DNA from: Monocercomonoides exilis PA203 | Taxonomy: Eukaryota; Protista; Preaxostyla | Reading direction: 5' to 3' | NCBI GenBank assembly: GCA_001643675.2 | Contig: LSRY02000035.1 | Coordinates: 930,001-994,000, forward strand | DNA: 64,000 nt | Part shown: positions 60,410 through 64,000 of the stretch, piece by piece | Numbering within the stretch: position 1 is the first letter of the stretch | Layout of the letters: every line of letters begins with the position of its first letter | Notes under the pieces: model-generated | Told to the model about the DNA's origin: nothing | Databases searched by the model: none | The model's input: the letters and a program-made list of their open reading frames with translations, nothing else | Translations under genes and position numbers: made by a program

Positions 60410-62580
60410 TTTTTTTGAAATATGCTTTTATCTTTCGATTGCTGAATGGACAAATAATGGCTGTTAGTCCAATAATCCGGCAATCGAATTTATGCACTTT
60501 TGAGAGAAACTTGTTTCAGTTTTTTGATTAACACAAAAATTCCACTTCGTTTCCTTCTTTTCAGACACATTTCATTTTTTCCCTCTTCAAAAATCAGAAT
60601 TTCAATAACAAAAGCACCAAAAATATCTTGTGACCAAAGCAACAAGAGAAAGATTTACAGATGAGCTATCTCTTTGAAAACTCTTCAAATGGCTTGTTGC
60701 CCACTCCAGAAGCTTTGGATTAGCACTCAAAATATTTATTTTGCTCAACCTTTTGCCCTTTAACCTTTCCCTTTTTTCTAAGTTTGCTTCAAATAAATTC
60801 ATTCAATTCTCAGGAAAACAAAATGTTGTGATGAAACAATTTCTGATAAACAGATTGCTCAATCTTTCATCAAGCTCAACCGCATGCTGTATGTTGTTCA
60901 GCTATGAGCTTTAAAATCAGTTGAAGTGGTTTGCTTTTTGTCAAGAGCAATTGCCTCTTCCTTTCCCTCTTGCTCAAAAGCAATCCACTTCTTCATCTTC
61001 AACATTTCTCCTCCTTTTTCTTCTTTTTCATTTTTATTTTTGTGGGCAGAGGGCAAAAAATAATCGTCTCCTCTTCAAATTATCGCTTGAATCCTTTTGA
61101 CGCGAACTCAATTTCTTCATTGTTTTCCACTTCTCTCCTTCAAATTTTCTTCCTCTGCTGCACCAGTTGAATGATTTGGCTTTATTTCTCTTCTTTTGAG
61201 TCTTTCCTATTTCTGATATTTTCCAAAAAGAAACATCAAGCTTTCCAATAAGGCATTGCATCAACGAAAGTTGACTAACTGGAGAATGTTTGACCTGCGG
61301 CTTCAACAAATTATGCTGTTTATTAGTCATGTTTCATTTCTTTGAAAATGAAAAAAGAAAGAAACACAGTTGGCAATGAAACTCACTTGCGGAGAGTTTC
61401 CAATAAAAAAGAACATTTTATCCGTTCGAGTGCATATCGTTTGTTTGCCATTTTCCTGATCTTCTGCATTCAATCTAAATTGTTTTATCTTCCAATTATT
61501 TCTTCATTCACTCTCAAAATAATGTGTTGCAAGAGCTGATAAATCTGAATCAAATGAAGGACTGCATATCTGGCATCTTTTCCTTCGGCCGAATGTGTAT
61601 CTTGCCCACCAGAACAAAGAAGCATATTTGCGTCTGAACCTCCAATCACTTCATTCAGCGGAATATTATTGTTTCTGATGAGGGAAAAGCATTCCAATCC
61701 GCCTTGTTGCAAGGATTGATGGCTGCTGCAGTCTGAATCAGAATGTGAGTTGTTCAAACAAACAGGTGGCTCCAAAATAAATTCAATCGCAATCATATCG
61801 AAAGAACCCTTTTTCCAGGCGCATCGCAGAGGATGTTCCACAAATGCTCCTTCAAAAAAGCAGTAGAATGCAAATGATTATCCATTTCTGGCCTTTCTCC
61901 ACAAAAGCGAATCAGCAAAATGGATTGCTCTCAAGCTTTTTTTTTTTTTGTTCGTTCAAGGGCAGAATTGCTGTTGTTTCTTTCAACAGCAAAAGCAGAA
62001 ATCGTGTAGAATCCATTCATGAAACTTGTCCCAAAAGAAACTCAGAATCAAATTAAAGGCTTCTTCGATACACACAATCAATCGTGCAAAGATTGCACAA
62101 AAATGTTGAGAAATTACAAAAAGCAATCGTCTGTGCAACAAGATTCTCAAATTCGAGATGTTTGGATTTTTTTGTGAGTGCATGAATCTGGCTGCTATGT
62201 GTCAACAAGTCAGCTCCAATTGGCATCTCAAAATCTCACAATATGATAATTTGATCACGAAACATTCAAAGTGAAAGGCATTTCCATGTGTAGAATACCC
62301 AATGACGATTTAGAGAGATAAAAATATTGATTATCTTCCATCTTTGCCAGACTTTGTCTTTTTGCAAGAATGCACAAATAATCCCCCATTGCATATTGGA
62401 ATTTTTCAGTAAAGAAATCCTTTTTTCGCTTGTGCTTCCATGTCTCATTCGTCTCTGGTTCTTTTTGAGAAACAAACTCGGTTTTGAATTGTGCATTTGC
62501 TCTTCAGTTTGTATCTTTTTTTTTTTGGTTGATATTGGAGCAAAGCTGCATCTGGATCTCTTTTTGCTTCAACGTTAACA
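60410..62580 (-). pseudogene. Probable decayed gene or mobile-element remnant
   Basis: More GC-rich and sequence-complex than intergenic DNA. Many short protein-like minus-strand frames are broken by stops and shifts. No identifiable motif. Confidence 0.35.
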
Positions 62581-62584
62581 GATA

Positions 62585-64000
62585 GGGTGATTTATTAACC
62601 CGAATATTTTTTTGAAAACCCGAATAAAAAATAAACAAATTTATTTTTGTGTATTGTGTATTGATTTCGTTTTTTTAAAAATATTAATAATAAATATAAT
62701 CAACAAGCTCTCGTTTCACAATTTTTCGAGTATTTCTTTCTTTTTTTTCATCATCAGAAAAATCATCATTTAAAATTTTCAATGGGTTGAATTTTCTTTT
62801 TTTCGGTTTTTCATCTTCAAACAAAGCCTTTTCAATTTCTTCATTATCTTTTTCTTCATTTTTTGACTCTTTTCTTTCATCCTTTTCTTTTTTCCATTCT
62901 ATTAAGAATTCTTCATCGGTAATTAATTTTCCAAAATAATCAAACCTTTTTGTTCTTTTCTTCAGAGTGACAGAAGGTTCTTTTGGTAGCTTCGCTAACA
63001 CTTCGTGCCACTGATGTGACAGTACTCCGCTCTTCGCAAATGATGATTTGATTGTGGAAGGCAACAAAGAAGTTTGTAAAGCTTGTGGAAGCACATCAGC
63101 TAGCGCTTCTCGTCGCAAAACAACAGAAGAAGAAGAAGGAGCTTCGTAATTGGCATTAATTGTTTTTTTAAAAACAGCAAATACGCCACGATCCAACGGC
63201 TGTGCGATGTGAGTGGTGTGGGGTACGAAGGTGACCACATCTATTGAAGAATCGGCGAACTTCTTCCACAAGTCAGGCTGCGCTCTCGAAGAATGAGAAT
63301 CAAGAAGGAGAAGGCAACGTTCATCATTCTTCTTCAAAGTTTCTCTTCTTTGTGTGATCCCTGGAAGCAACACATCTTCAGCATATTTGAGGAATAGCGC
63401 TTCAGTCATCCAGCCTTCATTTTCACCCCAAACATCTAACTGCGAACTCAGAACAAAACGCAGTTCATCTGGCAGTTTCCGACAAGGCCACAGAACGACG
63501 CTTTTTAGGGAGTAGCCATCAGCTGCAGCTGCAACGACGAGAGTTGCATTCGGCATGTTCATTGGTGTTTTGGAGAAACCGGCAGGCATGTCGGAAGGAT
63601 GGAAAACAAGAGTCGAGAAAGAATCAGAGAGTCGAAGAGAGGATTCATCAATATTAAAGATGAGAGAGTTAGAATAATGATGTTGATCATGAAGGTTTTG
63701 TAGAAGAGTGAAAAATGGAAGAAGAGTTTGTTGATTTGATGCGGAGAGCCTTTGGATGTCGACATTTCGAGGATGAGAAGCTTTGAGATCGGGGTTCCTT
63801 TTTGTGTATTGATAGGGATAGGTTTTTGAAATGTTGACTTCTTCATCTTCTTCGTCGAAGTCGTCTTTTTTCCTATCATTGATAACAGCGTTCATCTGAA
63901 TATATTAAAAATAGATAAATACAACAAATAAAAAACTGTGACAAACTAATTTCCTCATTTGTGCAGCGTTATAACTTGTCCCATTTTCACATTCGATTTT
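62585..64000 (-). mobile_element. pogo/Fot1-like DNA transposon, one end visible, continuing past the window
   Basis: Candidate terminus GGGTGATTTATT at 62585, preceded by GATA. Subterminal direct repeats AACCCGAATA at 62597 and 62617. Located 99 bp beyond the transposase stop. Confidence 0.7.
62684..64000 (-). CDS. DDE_1 (pogo/Tc5/CENP-B family) transposase, DD35D, 5'-truncated by the window
   Basis: IFNIDES, AADG, NEGWMT, LLLLDSHSSR and PHTTHIAQPLDRGVF, with 35 residues between the 2nd and 3rd Asp. A 51-nt GTTTGT...TTCAG intron at 63896-63946 joins the in-frame upstream exon KIECENGTSYNAAQMRKL. Confidence 0.93.

Noticed and set aside
1-64000. tRNA, rRNA, CRISPR arrays or an alternative genetic code
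   Set aside because: No cloverleaf, rRNA-like or repeat-spacer pattern seen by eye. Apparent in-frame stops in conserved genes are explained by introns, and TAA, TAG and TGA all terminate genes.

Overview
Eukaryotic, AT-rich, intron-rich and gene-dense genomic DNA in the standard genetic code. GT-T-T-G splice donors, poly-Ser (TCT) insertions in conserved proteins and giant intronless beta-helix/TM/kinase-like genes point to an oxymonad such as Monocercomonoides (inference, not verified by search). The window holds about 14 multi-exon or single-exon genes: a TPPP/p25-like Ser-rich protein, a PH-like AGC kinase, U2B''/U1A, WDR92, proteasome beta5, kinesin-14, CK2beta, an SPX-SLC13 phosphate transporter, LRRC23, ARL2, UAP56, p24, a coiled-coil protein, MSS4, an importin-beta family member and TANGO6/Rtp1. 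It also holds two near-identical, mosaic copies of a ~3,070-aa receptor-like pseudokinase gene 46.3 kb apart. The accessory DNA contains a coherent DNA-transposon set with GGGT(G/C)AT ends: three ~255-bp MITEs with 4-bp target duplications, a 1.3-kb foldback element carrying one MITE nested in an arm, and an intron-containing DD35D pogo-type transposase whose visible end begins with the same GGGTGATT. All exon models and alignments were made by eye.
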